The position numbers and the translations under genes were made by a program. A model generated the notes under the pieces. That model made no database searches and had not been told where the DNA came from. It was given only the letters and a program-made list of their open reading frames with translations. A stretch of 63,486 nucleotides of DNA, counting the filler, from Phoronis australis (Eukaryota > Animalia > Phoronida), in NCBI GenBank assembly GCA_002633005.1. It is 7 parts of 7 records of this genome, joined end to end, with 100 filler letters (N's around TTAATTAATTAA, not from the genome) between each part and the next. Parts side by side here need not be neighbours in the genome. Positions count along the whole stretch, not along the records: positions 8,545 to 40,024 come from NMRA01001279.1; 6 more parts are not named here. One strand, written 5' to 3'. Below, piece by piece: positions 11,980-25,139 of the stretch. How positions within the stretch are numbered: the stretch's first letter is position 1; every line of letters begins with the position of its first letter.

Positions 11980-12860
11980 TAGTGTTTGCTGGCAGAAACT
12001 GTTGTGAAACAGCTCGATTTCCATCCCACGGCCAGGTGTTAGGGGAATCTTTATTTACATTACTCAAATAATGGTTGTCAATGTACAACTTCTGCCCTGA
12101 CGGTGCTGTGGCCAAAGCGAAACCTGAATTCGGGGCCCCCGACGAGTAAGTAGATTTGCAGTTTCGTGGCTAATTCACCAACATAATCACGTGCACTTTA
12201 CTTTGGCTCACTAGTATAGTATTTTATTGACTGGAAGTTTAGTTTCCACTGAACTTTGGCTGGTTTATGTTCGTGATGTCTTACCATTTTCCGAGCCACT
12301 GGCCGGTATAGCGGTGGAGTCAACTCCGGCCGGCCGCGACGGGCCTGATCGGGCTCCGACCCATTGGCCAGGATAACAAGCGTTTTGTGGTTAGAACTCA
12401 AAACAAGTCTAAACAACAAAGATCTAGGTTCTCCTGTCTGTATCTCACGGAAAATACTTCGAAATTATCTCCGAACAGACCCCAAACTCCTGCTACGGAC
12501 CTCATTGGCCTGCCGAACTTTGTAGGCTACGGTGTGTCCAAATACCAATAAATCCGTAAGAGCGAAATAAAACAACACGTTTTTATAAGAACTCGGTGTA
12601 TTTTCAAGGGTTTTACATCGAAGTTTGATGATTTATTGGTGTTAAACGATGACTTCAAGCGATAAGCTGACATCAGTAACCCGTGTTGTGAACTGCTGAA
12701 CAGACTGCGTGTGAAACCGATGACGTCATTGGATAATTTCGACACCTCCGTCTGCCGTCAGGTGTCAGGTAATTACGCAACCGTACGTGTCGTTGTGGAG
12801 TAGAACTACTCGATCTAAATTGATGCAAATGATGTTGTTTTTTGGGTAGCATGCTCCTGT
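11980..12860. repeat. Dispersed repeat family B, copy 1 (inverted copy at ~54335-55249)
   Basis: Long reverse-complement match, e.g. CTACGGTGTGTCCAAATACCAATAAATC versus GATTTATTGGTATTTGGACACACCGTAG. Confidence 0.9.
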
Positions 12861-13164
12861 ATTGAGTTTTGGTTGAGTTGATATTGTTACTTAACTGTAC
12901 ATGTATCTCTGTTGTTGGGTTTTGGTGAACTCCTTGAGAATGATGAATTGATTTTCGTCGAAACGTTGGACTCATTTATTACAGAATGCGCTGAGGTTTC
13001 TACTGACTATTCAGTTGTAGTTCAATTACATAATGTACTATTTTTATTCTTTACGGAAATGAATGCTTCTGGCGGTTGCACCAGGCCAACACCAACGTTA
13101 CATAAAGATCACAATATAGAGACGCCACAGCCGAAACTGACGTCGACATTTATTTATAACGTGA

Positions 13165-14185
13165 TAATCATGACTTGATAAAGTTGGCAGGATATACCAG
13201 CTATGGTATCACAGATATTAAGCAATTGTGTTTCTGTTCAAGAATTCGAAAGTGGTTCAAAAAAACAACGTGTGTATAGGCCTACTTTCTTTTGTGTAAC
13301 CGCGCTTCCCGACTCAGGCTCGCACCGGCTACGTAATCCAGCCGCTCACGAGGTTGTGAAGTCACTGATCTGATCAACTAGTGACCGGACTGCAAAACAC
13401 GGCGTATCTCATGGGTGGCGAAGCACTGAAAAAAGTGGTGGGGCTAAAGCCCCCTCAGCCCCCCTGTGGCACGCCGCCTATGTGCGGCGTAGCACTGACA
13501 AAAGTGGCCCCCTATGGTGCGCTGCCCATGTATCTAGCAGCTCGGCGAACAACCAACTCAGACCCTTGAAACATGTTGTCAAACTGACCGAGCATGACTC
13601 CATGACTGCGGCGCTCCTCCGGGCAGGATAAGTCGGAAACACTGTGTTTTGTGTGCTGTTTGGGAATGACTCGTACCACATGACTGGCGAAAACGCTCTC
13701 AGATCGATTCACTAGTCGAAACCATCGTTTTTAGCCAGGTGGACGAGCTGTCCCGCGGCTAAGGGGTAATTTTCGCCAACAGTTATTTCGTTTCCTTACC
13801 GCTCGAGTAGCCGGCTCTAGGCGAAAATTCAGATGTGAAAATACGTTCATTCACTGTTGTAAATGTACTAATTTGACAATAGCCTCTAAGAGCGGCCCGG
13901 TTACAAAAGTGCTTAGTAAATTAATTGCGATCAAAGATGACCCTTCTAATGGCGATTTTTGTTAGTTTAGCGAAAACGCTAGCGTTTGAACCACCATGTG
14001 AATCGTGTGTCAGTGGCTATACTTACCGGAAAAAGCCTGGGTTTATAACATTGTTCACCGGGGTAGCATGGAACCATCCGACCTGGGACCGCGAGGTCTA
14101 ATCTCGATAGTCCTACGGCTCCAAAGTCGGCTCATCAAAAAATGACCAATTTCAATTCAAGTTCCCTCTAGAAACATGCGGCGAT
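13165..14185. repeat. Dispersed repeat family C, copy 1 (second copy ~37735-39320)
   Basis: Shared ATCATGACTTGATAAAGTTG, CAAGAATTCGAAAGTGGTTC, GGACTGCAAAACACGGCGTATCT and CCGCGAGGTCTAATCTCGATAG. Confidence 0.85.
13410..13530. mobile_element. 121-bp MITE with 5-bp TSD (TATCT)
   Basis: TIR CATGGGTGGCG / CGCTGCCCATG. The empty site GGCGTATCTGGCAGC is present in the paralogous repeat at ~37993-38007. Confidence 0.88.
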
Positions 14186-14269
14186 ATCTCTTGGCACACG
14201 CAGTGTTAAAAATGGCCCGTTGCCGATTTGGGCAACTGAACGAATTACTGCTCAAATAAAGTTTTGATT

Positions 14270-14420
14270 ACTGGAGTATTTGTTCGAGTTGAAATTCAGA
14301 TATCGACGGCCTCCCAAGGTGTCCCTCTATGCGCAAGAGACACTTATAACAACATGACTTCGGTGTTTTAATCAGTGTGATGCAGAATTCGCCGAAGAGC
14401 TTCCGGCGTATGAAGCCCCT
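14270..14420. repeat. Dispersed repeat D (second copy ~57070-57225)
   Basis: Shared GGAGTATTTGTTCGAGTTG, CCTCTATGCGCAA and AATTCGCCGAA.AGCTTCCGGCGTA. Confidence 0.75.
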
Positions 14421-16114
14421 GCAGAACTTCACTGTCTACAGCCAGTCGAGACGGTGGGAGTGTCTAAAATAAAAATTGAGACCGTCGCTCGGAGTAAGCC
14501 AAGCATGCCACTCCACGCCGTGAATAGGCAGCACAGGTGCGTGTCAGTGACATATTGTTTTGAAATGGTAGCCCATGCCGTCCTCAAGTTCAGTGGAGAT
14601 TACAAATCTTTCGATTTACTACGAATGTGTACTCGATCGGTCATCTTTGAATGGAAGACTTGGATCAAGAAACTGAAATGGGTTCAACTGGATATGCTAC
14701 AGGAACAGGAATTGTTAGACCCTAAAAGCGAGTTTTACGTGAGATGTTACTGTGTGTTTACTCTTACCGAGTATTTAGTGAATAAATGCCCAAATTTTCT
14801 ATGTTGTAGATGAGAACACTTTGGATAACACTTGTAAGCAAACAGATTCGCCCTAACTTCCTGAATGAAGATCTCACATAAAACTGAGGATAGCTAACTT
14901 TAAAAACTAGACACTTAATATTTGTTTTACAAAATATATAGCAAGTGGTTTGCGACCTGTGGCCAGATGTAATGTTGTTTATTAAGTCTAACGTTCGCAT
15001 GAATGAATGTCTTCGTCCTCAATCTCGTGAACAGCGTTACGTTAGACAATGGTATGCTCTCTCTTCCGACGGCTGCCCATGCATTTGCAGGGCGGGTCCA
15101 TTCAAGGTCATTTTTACGCCAACGTGGCCGGAAAATAACTAGGAAAGAAATAGTAGGCAATGCCACTGTTCGGTTAAAGATTTTTGAGCCTCTATTGATC
15201 AGTCACGAAGAGCTGTGCTGAATGAGCAGCTCTGTGGTGTTTACCTCGCGCTGGCTCTGTTCTGTTATGCTTGCGGGCTTCCTACCGTGTGTTGCATACA
15301 CACCCTCTGCTTGTATGCCCGTCTACCTACTGTCACTGTTTATTTCACAATTTAGTTCGGTTCCACCTTGTTCATTTTGCTTTTAATTGCCGGAGGATGA
15401 GACATGCGGTCTCGAATATAGCAACTACTTCATGCCCGTACCCGGGGAGTGGTGGTGGGGGGAGGTGCAACGGGTGCGAATGCACGGTCATAGGGATTCA
15501 GGGTCCGCCTTAGCAAGTCCAATTTAATTCAAATTACCTGAACTTTTTCAATTACCTCTATAATCCCCTTTCATTTTACTATTATTACTTTTCGCCGAAA
15601 ATGAAAGATTGTCAGTTATCCGTAAACAAAACGTGAATAATTTGTAACAGATATAAATTGTTAAATTGTTACGAGTCATTTACAGATTCTTACGGGCAAC
15701 GTTCTATTGGTTGAGTGTTGGTGCGAGCGGTTTGCGTTCCTTTGCGAATTAATTACGAATAAATTAATCCGTGGACGATCGCTAGAAAATTTTTGACATG
15801 CCAAAAAATTACCTCTCCTCTCACGGATATTTGCGAAGGTCTGCAAGTGGTTACATTTTGTGACTAACTATTTACGGATGCTTGTGATTGGTTACGATTT
15901 GACGGTACATACGGACTCCGCATAAAAAATCCGTGCATATGAAGGCAGCATCAAAATGACAGACAAAAAGCACCTGCTCAGGAAACTACCTTGAACTCTG
16001 CCACTAGCCACATCCACAAAAGCTAGATATTTTTCTCTTTTTTTGTTCATTTTCAGTGAGTTATCCTTTTGGCCAATGTATAATAAAAACACGTTATGAC
16101 CTCGCATGAAAGTA

Positions 16115-16700
16115 TAGAGAGAGAGAAAGGGAAACTTTATTTTTTAGTTCACATAAAAACATATTATTGTTATATGACTGGGTGGCCAGCAAAGGCACGG
16201 GCCGCTAATAGCTGACCACCGAGTAAAAATAATTTAAATAGATATTAACAAGTAAGAGTAACAATATAGATAACAACAGAAAAAAGTATATCTACAATGA
16301 AATAAAATACAGTGCAATTTCATTTAAAAACGTAAATTAAATGTATTTTACAAAGAATTAAACGCAGAGACTATCGATAAAACGGAAACCGCACGGTTAG
16401 AAAAGCATATGACTAAAGTGCAACACAGGTCATCACGGTTACTTCAATTAGAACATGCATAACATTGTAGAACGTTACACTGAGATCTGTAAGTGCAATA
16501 AAATTAGTCATCAACGGTTTTAAACTTAAAGATATAGTCAGGGTAATCGTGACGATAATTTTCGAAACGTTCATTGCATAACAATATTTGAGAAGCCAAA
16601 TTCATTCCAATGTTAATGAAATTGCTGTTGAACTGATCAGCAATTTTCTGTTAATCAGTAACGCGTCCAGATGCAGTAGAGGTGATAAAATGAAGGAAAA
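16115..16700 (-). mobile_element. 5'-truncated LINE 3' end (second copy at ~24150-24540 in opposite orientation)
   Basis: An identical core GGTGGTCAGCTATTAGCGGCCCGTGCCTTTGCTGGCCACCCAGTCATATAAC (stem-loop) is followed by AATAAA and a (TC)n tail. Confidence 0.6.
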
Positions 16701-17880
16701 CAGTTCTGAAGGATGAATGTTTACTTTATACAGGAAACAAGAATGATCTTTCCTGCGTGTATGAATGAGTGCACTTGTTTGTTTTTTTGCACTTGCTTAT
16801 CAATAATAATAAATACATAGAAAAAATCACTTACAATGAGGAGAGAGAGGAGGCGAGTTACAAAATTCGTGATGGACGGAGGGCAGTCAAAAATCGGTGA
16901 CGACTTGGGATCGCACCGTTTTCTTCCTGCCAGGGTTGCTATAATCCTGGCTGTGCCACTGGTTGTTGTATGCTTAAGTGTTTACGTATATTTGTGGACA
17001 GCTCTTGCCTTGTGGTGGACTAGAATCTACTAGATTATAATCTACTACAGGTACCAGACTGGGCATCAGGGAATATTTTGTAATTAAGGCAGATCAATGT
17101 TTCAAAATGACGATATACGACAACGAGTATGAATTACAGTATAATCCATTGATCCGATTTCCAATAAAGAAAACAAGCAACTGAAAATCAGATTTTAAAT
17201 AAAAGTCGGATCTTCGGTTTTCCATTTTACAAATTTGAACGAACATTGGATTTTCAGTTTTCGCTTGGCTTATAGGAAATGGGATGTTGAAGAAAATATG
17301 GATTTCCACTATCGTTTAACATATTGAAAATTGAATTAACGGAATGATCCGTGGTTATTCATCACGTGCTTCTTGTTTGATTACACTATATCTCGAAATT
17401 TCGAGATTTCAACTTAACTATATCGGGATCTTGATATCTATTAAGTTTGACTATCAGCTTATCTCAAAACGCAATGATAGAGAGAGGAACAGAGAGGGGA
17501 GGATTACGGAATGGCGGGTAGGGAGGCAGTCTCCTTTAGATTGAGGAATAACACAACACGAAACAAAACCTCGAATATTAATACCTTCTTTAAGTTTTGT
17601 CGTTGATGTAAGTCCCCGTTCGTCTGTTCTACGCAAGGGATATGAGGTTCTAACGCGTGAGCGTTGTGTGTGCGCCTTGTTTTCATGGAACACAAAGTGC
17701 CGGCGCTGTCGCAATAAATGCTTACCATCTATTTCCCTTGGTTGTGTATGCTGGCACAGCTAAAAACATGAGGGACTTAAGTGTACGTAATACGTACACA
17801 GTAATTAATTCGTGCACAACGACTTAATAATGGAAATCTTGTTCAGTGAATTCTCAGTAATCATTTGAGGTTGGTACAGA

Positions 17881-18127
17881 ATGAGGCCTTTGCTGATCGT
17901 TGTCATCTCGTGCATTTCGGTTGTCCACTGCGAGGACATGGGAAAGGAGCTCAAGTGTTTCGAGTCCAAATGTCCAGACGAGTTTTTGGCGTGCAAACAC
18001 GACAACAATTGCCTCAATGGCATGTCCTGCTGTCGTCAGGCTAAAGGTAACATGAAGCACATATTTGGCTGTTATGCTACATTCCATAGCACAGCCTTGA
18101 GCGACATGATCAAGTGCGGCCTTTCAC
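17881..18127 (+). CDS. VDE-like lipocalin gene, exon 1: signal peptide + Cys-rich domain
   Basis: MRPLLIVVISCISVVHC is a hydrophobic leader, followed by C-x4-C-x6-C-x5-C-x5-C...C-x14-C. The exon ends at a GTGAGT donor (phase 1). Confidence 0.88.
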
Positions 18128-20715
18128 GTGAGTAGTATTTTCTGACTCCTTAGAAATATTAGTATACCACAACAACGGCGGCAGGAAAAACAGAAACGCT
18201 ATGCTTTGTGCATGATGTTACAGATTATACTAAAATGATGTTATCGAATTCAGTCTTTCTTTTGTTCTAGGCTACGACATAGCTAGTTTGTTTTTCACTG
18301 CATTTTTGAAAAGGAGGCGAACAATGTGTCAGTTCAAACCCTATGCAGGTTTTCCGGCGGATACGCGCATCTTGTCATTAACTTTTAAAGATGCTATTTT
18401 TGCTTCATTTTGTTAAAAACTTCATGAAACGGATCTTTAAGCAAACACATTTATTAGAAACCTAAGCCCAAATAATACTCTTTCGACACGACATCGATTT
18501 TTTAAAAGTAAACTGAATTAAGTACAGACTTTTAGCTTAATTTTTATGTTTGGTGTGTTGCACCAAGACAGGATGGATGCCGGGCGAAGTGTCAATCGAG
18601 ATTCGAGTGTCTTGCGGAGATCGAATATGAACTTGGAAATTTCGCTTAATCTTAAGATCATTTATAGGTATACGTGAACTTGGAATACCCGGGAAAACGT
18701 GGCGTCTTAATTCACTCAAATAATCACGTTCACGTTACTATAATTCCTTAACGAGTAAAACGGATGATTCTGGGACCAAAAATTGCAAAAACTCACTACA
18801 TTAGACAAAAAATTCAACTGATTTCTGTAATGCTCACTCATACGCGATCTTCAAATTATGCAAAATTCAAGTCCACGCACTCTGGGGAAGTAATGGAGGG
18901 CGTTCGGCAGAAGATATTTCGTCCTCCGCTTAAAAGGTCTACTAAGCGTCCTCGAGTTGACTGTTACTGCCGTGAAGTTTTAATTGATTATCATTTTAAG
19001 AGTTGCAATTATCTGTAATCCCAGATGGCTGTTACACAGTCTTAGTTAGCAAAGATTTTGCCCGACAGGTAAGTCATTAACAGACTTCGGCTGTTCGAGG
19101 CGTCACTAGTGGCAGCCTCAGTTTTCGGATTGTTATGGTAGATCTATTTTACTGCCTATCGGGATTTTCAGTAGATAAGCCCATGGGCGAGTATTAGGAA
19201 ATGAAAATATTAGGCGTTTCAATAACATCAATAAACCCGCGAGCGTTTATTTGGAAAAGAGGGGCGTGTAAATGGAAATTCCTAGCTTCGGCTGATATGG
19301 AAATATATCGGCGATGTTTGCATGAAATTTTGCTTTTTAATTCTAAGTTAATAAAACACATAGTTCGCCAACACATCGTTCGTTTTTGCAAATGTTAAAT
19401 GCTCCACAAAACTGAAGTTTTTGGCTAAAAGTTGACGTGGGCTTTTAAGAGGAAATTTTCCGAATAACTGCATTGCGATCTGGACACTTGACACATGTCC
19501 AGAAGTTGTAACACCAAATAAACGGCATAATTTTCCGTATAATTGCGCATGGGCGTTTCATCAGGTGGGCTTATTATACAAGTTTTAAATTATTTTACTT
19601 GAGTTCCTTAGTTATTGATGTCGCCAATCAGTCCAGCATCAGTTGACTTATCAGCAAAGCCCAGATTCCACAGAAAAAAGGTTCATGAATAATTTGAAAA
19701 AATCTGCGTTCAAGCAACCTCACAACATTCACATACGGATAGTGTAACCCAGTAAGTGCTGTTATAAAGCACTGTTTTCGCCACGGTTCACTTGTTACTT
19801 CAATAGAAACTTGCACTTTCTTGTTGAGTCTCCGTAGAGTGTTATGTACATCGGCTTGTTTACTGTAAGTTGTTCTTTAGCTGGGTAGTGTGCTCGTGGA
19901 CATATCCAACTTGAAAGCGTGAACTTGTGTACTTAAAGTACACTTTCAGTAACTCAATTGCAATATAATCTCTAACATGATTGCCCGAAGTAAAATGAGC
20001 AGTAACTCAACAGACACTGCTAGTAAATTTGTGCTAGATCAGAGATCTCGTGTATTGAGGACACAAGTTGGTCAGGCCCGTAGTCAACATTGCACAGGGG
20101 GTGGTTCAAATTTCTGGAACGGTGGACCTTTGATATTTTGCAAAGGTCGATACTAGTTTTCAGTAAGGCCCTTGGCGCAGCTTAATTAGGGGGGAGGGGG
20201 AGTCTATATACACAACGATGACTCTCAGCTCTATATTCCTGAGATGAGACGGAAATGAGGAAGCCGTGACGGTTGTTGTAAAAGAATAGGGCTCAAATTC
20301 GGACATGTAATGTGGTCCAGAAAGAGAACGTTCTCGCGTTACATTCCGCCAAACTTTAAAATGAGGCGTGCTTAAGTGATTGAGTACACCACATTCCAAA
20401 CTCGGACGGAATTTTTTTAGTCCGATAATGACTTCACGAAATTTTTTAACTGGTTGTATTTTTGCCTGTTACTTACATCGCTGGAAATGAGAACGGTCCA
20501 CTATTCTAAAGGTTCACTACCCCCCGAATGTTCGTTACTCCGAAAATATCTAAAATTTCGAAATAAGGTTTAATTTTTACTTTATACTAAACGATAATTC
20601 GGTTATTAGATGCGCTAGGTGGTGTACCTAAAACAACGTGCATAGCATATTGATTTTAAGCGCATACGAAATTACCTGCATGCCTTATGAATATCGAAAA
20701 TGAGTACGTTCTTAA

Positions 20716-21339
20716 AGGGATATCAAACCTATTGAAAGATACTAAAAATAACTTTCCTGTCCAGTTGTTTGAGGCAAAATAATACTCTGTTAGTAACCCT
20801 TGAAACCATCAGAAGTTTGCTGAAAATTTTGAAAACTCCTACCAAAGTTTGCTAAACGGCCAAGCGTGACCTACGCTTTTTTGCGAATTACACGGCAACT
20901 GTGGGAAACGACCACCCACCAAGGACCATAATGTGCAAACCGTGACGTGTATGAATTTTTAATTGATTCCTTCTTTAAAAAGGATTCAAAATCCTGTTTT
21001 GATGATTTCAACCAATCTTCGTTCTCTCACCTGCAGATGCATCATTGGCGTTAAGCTTGAAAGATAAAAGCAGGAATCGACTAAGAATCCATAATCACTA
21101 TCTCAAAAATTGGACATTATGGTCCTTGGAGGGTGGTCTTTTCCTACAGATGCCGCGTAAGTCGCTAAAGTGTAGGTCACACTTACTCCTTTAGCAGACT
21201 TTGTAAGGAGTTTTCTAATATTCATCAAGACTTGTGAGGGTTGTCGAGACGTTACAGAGAATTATTTTGTTTCGAAGAACTGCATAGGAAAGTCGTTCCA
21301 AGTATCTGTTAAAAGTTCAAAACCGGGTTTGGTATACTT
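20716..21339. mobile_element. Foldback MITE with ~220-bp imperfect TIRs, at a TTAA (Kolobok/piggyBac-like)
   Basis: Left end TTAA|AGGGATATCAAACC, right end GGTTTGGTATACTT. The inner arms CCACCCACCAAGGACCATAATGT and ACATTATGGTCCTTGGAGGGTGG pair. Confidence 0.75.
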
Positions 21340-21389
21340 GAAAGATTGACGCTAGTGATGCATTAACAGGTGGCAGGACAAAGATTGGT

Positions 21390-23120
21390 CTGTAACAAAA
21401 AGAAGCCAAACGCATGTGCTACGAAAAACAGTTCAAGCAGCACAAAAATGATATACGTCAAACTTTGCAAGCCATCAAAAACGAAATTTCTAATTCATCC
21501 TTCAGCACTGTTCTCCCTCAGTTTATTACCTCTACTACATCTGGACACGTTACTGATAAACACAAAATAGCTGATCAGTTCAACAACTATTTTACTAACA
21601 TTGGCTTCCCAAATACCAATATGCAATGAACGTTTCGAAAATTATCTTGACAGTTCCCCTGACTTTATTTTTAAGTTTAAAACCGTTGATGATGACAAAG
21701 TATTAAAGGTAATGAAAAATCTAAAATCAAAATCCTCTACAGACAGTGATGGCCTATCGTGTTCATTTATCAAAAAATACTCGAACTTTCTATGAAAAAC
21801 AGTTTCTATGATCATAAACCAATCCCTACGCACAGGTATTTTCCGCGATGGTTTGAAGGTAGCTAAGGTATTCCCTATTTATAAAGGTAATGACACCGAC
21901 AACAACTCTCTTGTTAACTTTACGCCAAAATCTATTCTACCTACAATTTTCCAAAGTTTTTGAAAAAATTGTCTGTTCTTATTTTTCAGATAACAATCTT
22001 CTATATACATGTAGGTCCCAGTATGGTTTCAAGCCCAACCATTCCACTGAACTTGCGGTTACCGAACTCGTCCACTCTCTTTACAAAACATTAGTCAAAG
22101 CTTTAACTCAATTTTCATATTTATGGATCTTTCTGAAGCCTTTCACATCATTGATCACGGTATTCTCCTATAAAAATAAAAACATCAAGGGCTTTCTAAT
22201 AACGAGTTTTATTGGTTTCAAAGCTACCTTGAAAATAGGAAGCAGTTTGTCTGTCTCGATACTGTCACTTCGTCCCAACTTCATATTTTTACAGGTGTAC
22301 CACAGGGATCTATTCTAGAACCTCTCATATTTTTAATCTATGTAAATGACACCACTTTCTCCAGCAAGGCCCAGTTCATTATGTACGCCGACGACGCATG
22401 CCTGTTAATTCTTTTCCATGTTAACAAAAATAACAGCCTCAGCGCTCATACCATCAGAATAAATAATACTATGCACAATGTTTTTGATTGGCTAAATACT
22501 AATAAATTATCTCCCAACACAAGTAAAACTAAATTTATGCTATTTCGATTTCCAGCGAAGATGACATCCATCTAATCAAAATCAACGATAAAGTCATTAA
22601 AAGAGTTGAAAATTTCAAATTTTTGTAGACAGTCATCGTTCCTGGAAAAAGCTGTTCAGGAAATTTCTAACAAAATTGTAGAAACTGCGGGCTTCCTCTC
22701 CATACTGAAATACTATTTTCCCAAACACACACTCTTGATGATTTACAATGCGCTTATACTATCACATCTATATTTTGGTATAATACTATGGGGAATCAAT
22801 AACTGTACGAGATTTAAACTTCTTCAGAAAAAAGCTTTGAGAAATGTTACCAATTCTTCCTTTTTTCACACACAGAACCAATTTTCAGGGAAATAGGAAC
22901 AAGACATATTTAAAAAAGCTTGCCTAAAATTATTTTACTAATTCAAACACAATGAATTGCCTATTTACTTTTATGCTATTTTTTTCTAATTCCATCAGTC
23001 ACCAAGAGATCGTGCTAGAATGTGCAGTCAACAATCCATCCTAAAAATGCCCACCTACTACATAAAAAGTTGTGAAAATTCATTAATGTTCAAAATACCA
23101 AATCTAATTAAAAAAAACTT
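21390..23120 (+). mobile_element. Degenerate LINE ORF2 reverse transcriptase (CR1/L2-group-like)
   Basis: FNNYFTNIG, KVAKVFPIYKG, QYGFKPNHSTELA, GVPQGSILEPLIFLIYVND, MYADD and LYFGIILWG, with many frameshifts. Confidence 0.92.
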
Positions 23121-23199
23121 TATACCACAATATTAGCCTCAAATGGCAGATACAACCGTGTAATAACCCATAAAGTTTACTCACTAGTGAGAAAACATT

Positions 23200-23285
23200 T
23201 TGGCGGGAAACCGAGGCCGGATTCGAAGCCGGGCCTCAACAGTTGCGAGTCGCCGACTTCACCCTTGCACCACTCAGCGGCTGAT
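23200..23285 (-). repeat. tRNA-like (pseudo-tRNA / SINE head)
   Basis: Minus strand GCTGAGTGGTGCAAGGG...CTCGCAA...CCGGCTTCGAATCCGGCCTCGGT has a good T-arm and a partial acceptor stem, but poor D and anticodon stems. Confidence 0.45.
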
Positions 23286-23825
23286 GTCATCGACCGTGAA
23301 AATAGAATACTTAAATGAGCACGCGCAACAATCGCATGTTCAGCAAAGGGCATTGCACCGACAATTATACGCTATGAAAAATAAGACGCAAAATTTCCAT
23401 GAAAACGATATTTTAATTCAGTGAAATTTTTCTCTCGTGTTCTCTCACTTGTAAATCACTGATCTGCAATTTGAATGCAGGTATTGTGTCGTTGGGATCC
23501 TTTGACATGAGCATTATAGTCACTTACTAGTGGTAACCTACTTTAGCAGACGATATTTTCCCGGTCGAAGCTTAGCGTGATAAAATTTGTAGTAAGCTAT
23601 AATAGTTGCTAAACCTTAATTTATAGATTAATTTTATTTCTACTTTGTTTTATTTTTCAATTAGTTTTGAGTAAAAGCATTATTTGACAAAAATAGCTCG
23701 GCTTTTCTTAAAAGGTCACGACCTCCGACCCCGGCCTCTGACATAGAAAGTAGTTACAAAGCCGTGGCGAGTCGAGTAAGGTAGATCGATTCATTCCAAT
23801 GTTTCTCGTTCAGTATGTGGTATAA

Positions 23826-23975
23826 ATAGATTATTACATGTTCTCAGTCGTTATTCCCCTTATCTAGAGCCCTCGTAGATTTTGGAGAATCATCACAATA
23901 ATTCTCCAAAATGCCAAAATCCACTCGGGCTCTAGATAACGGGGGAGAGAACGACTTCGCCATGTAATAATCTAT
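23826..23975. mobile_element. 150-bp palindromic MITE
   Basis: Terminal ATAGATTATTACATG / CATGTAATAATCTAT, with inner arms TTATCTAGAGCCC / GGGCTCTAGATAA and ATTTTGGAGAAT / ATTCTCCAAAAT. Confidence 0.8.
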
Positions 23976-23978
23976 ATA

Positions 23979-23981
<3 letters not shown>

Positions 23982-24065
<84 letters not shown>
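23982..24065. repeat. (TA)n microsatellite
   Basis: About 40 perfect TA units. Confidence 0.98.
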
Positions 24066-24067
<2 letters not shown>

Positions 24068-24149
24068 AGAGATATGGAGGGCACAAAATCGATACGCATA
24101 GCTTTCATGGGTTCTCCATGTATTTAAAAATTATACATATTAAGTACAC

Positions 24150-24540
24150 ACAGCTCTCAGTGTAACGTTCTACATTGTTATGCATGTTCTAACAGAAGTA
24201 ACCGTGATCACCTGTCTTTCATATGCCATATGCTTTTCTAACCGTGCGGTTTCCCTTGTATCAATAGTCTCTTTGTTTAATTCTTTGTAAAATACAATTA
24301 ATTTAATTAATTTACATTTTAAATAAACTTGCATTGTATTTTATTTCATTGTAGATTTACTTTTTTCTATTGTTAGCCATATTGTTCTTCTTGCTGGTTA
24401 ATATCTATTTAATTTATTATTACTCGGTGGTCAGCTATTAGCGGCCCGTGCCTTTGCTGGCCACCCAGTCATATAACTATGCGTGTTTTTATATGACTTA
24501 CAAGGTAAAAGTTTTCCTCTATCTAAAGTTTCTCTCTCTG
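24150..24540 (+). mobile_element. LINE 3' end, second copy
   Basis: Reverse complement of ~16115-16490. Confidence 0.6.
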
Positions 24541-25139
24541 AAGTAATAAACTTTCGAAGGTAGCAAACCTTCGATGTAGTCGACTTACGGAGTAGTGAAC
24601 ATTCCGAATAGTGTCGTGTAACTTTGTAATTTTTTTGCATCAAATTTGTTGCTCGTATGAAATCTGCGAGGCTGTGTACCATTGACACTGATTGACAAGA
24701 GAATATTTCCTTCATTGACCAAAGTTTTTAGTGGGTCGAGACCTACTTTTCCCTAATACTGTGAACATGCTCGTTTTCTCAGTGCAAGAACACACGGTAT
24801 ATGAATGTCTGTTTTTTGTTTGAGCAACGATGCAAGACAGTCTATAGCAAACTTACCATCGGCGTGTACTTAATTTAAAAGAATGGAAACGCACACACGT
24901 GTACACTGGATCAACAACAATCATTTGACGATCACCTTCAATTTGAAATTGTGAAAATGCCTTCACCTTACCATACTATGCTAGCAAGTACACCAAAATG
25001 TCAGATAACATATTTTCTGCTGTTTTATTTCTTGGTCGATTTTAAGGCACCACAAATTCCCTTTTTGAGCTCCTTCCCTACTTTATATCTGAGCTTGATA
25101 TAGACATTTGCTTCTAGACTGCTTTGTTGCTCTATGGTG

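Noticed and set aside
12930-12972. Hammerhead ribozyme-like TGATGA...CGAAAC
   Set aside because: The core lacks the C of CUGANGA and I could not build stems I/III. An Infernal search would be needed.
17881-18135. Stand-alone 84-aa secreted Cys-rich peptide (toxin/defensin-like)
   Set aside because: A GTGAGT donor precedes the stop, and splicing to 30634 completes the VDE-type Cys pattern.
23200-23285. Functional tRNA-Ala(CGC)
   Set aside because: The D and anticodon stems do not pair properly; reported only as tRNA-like.
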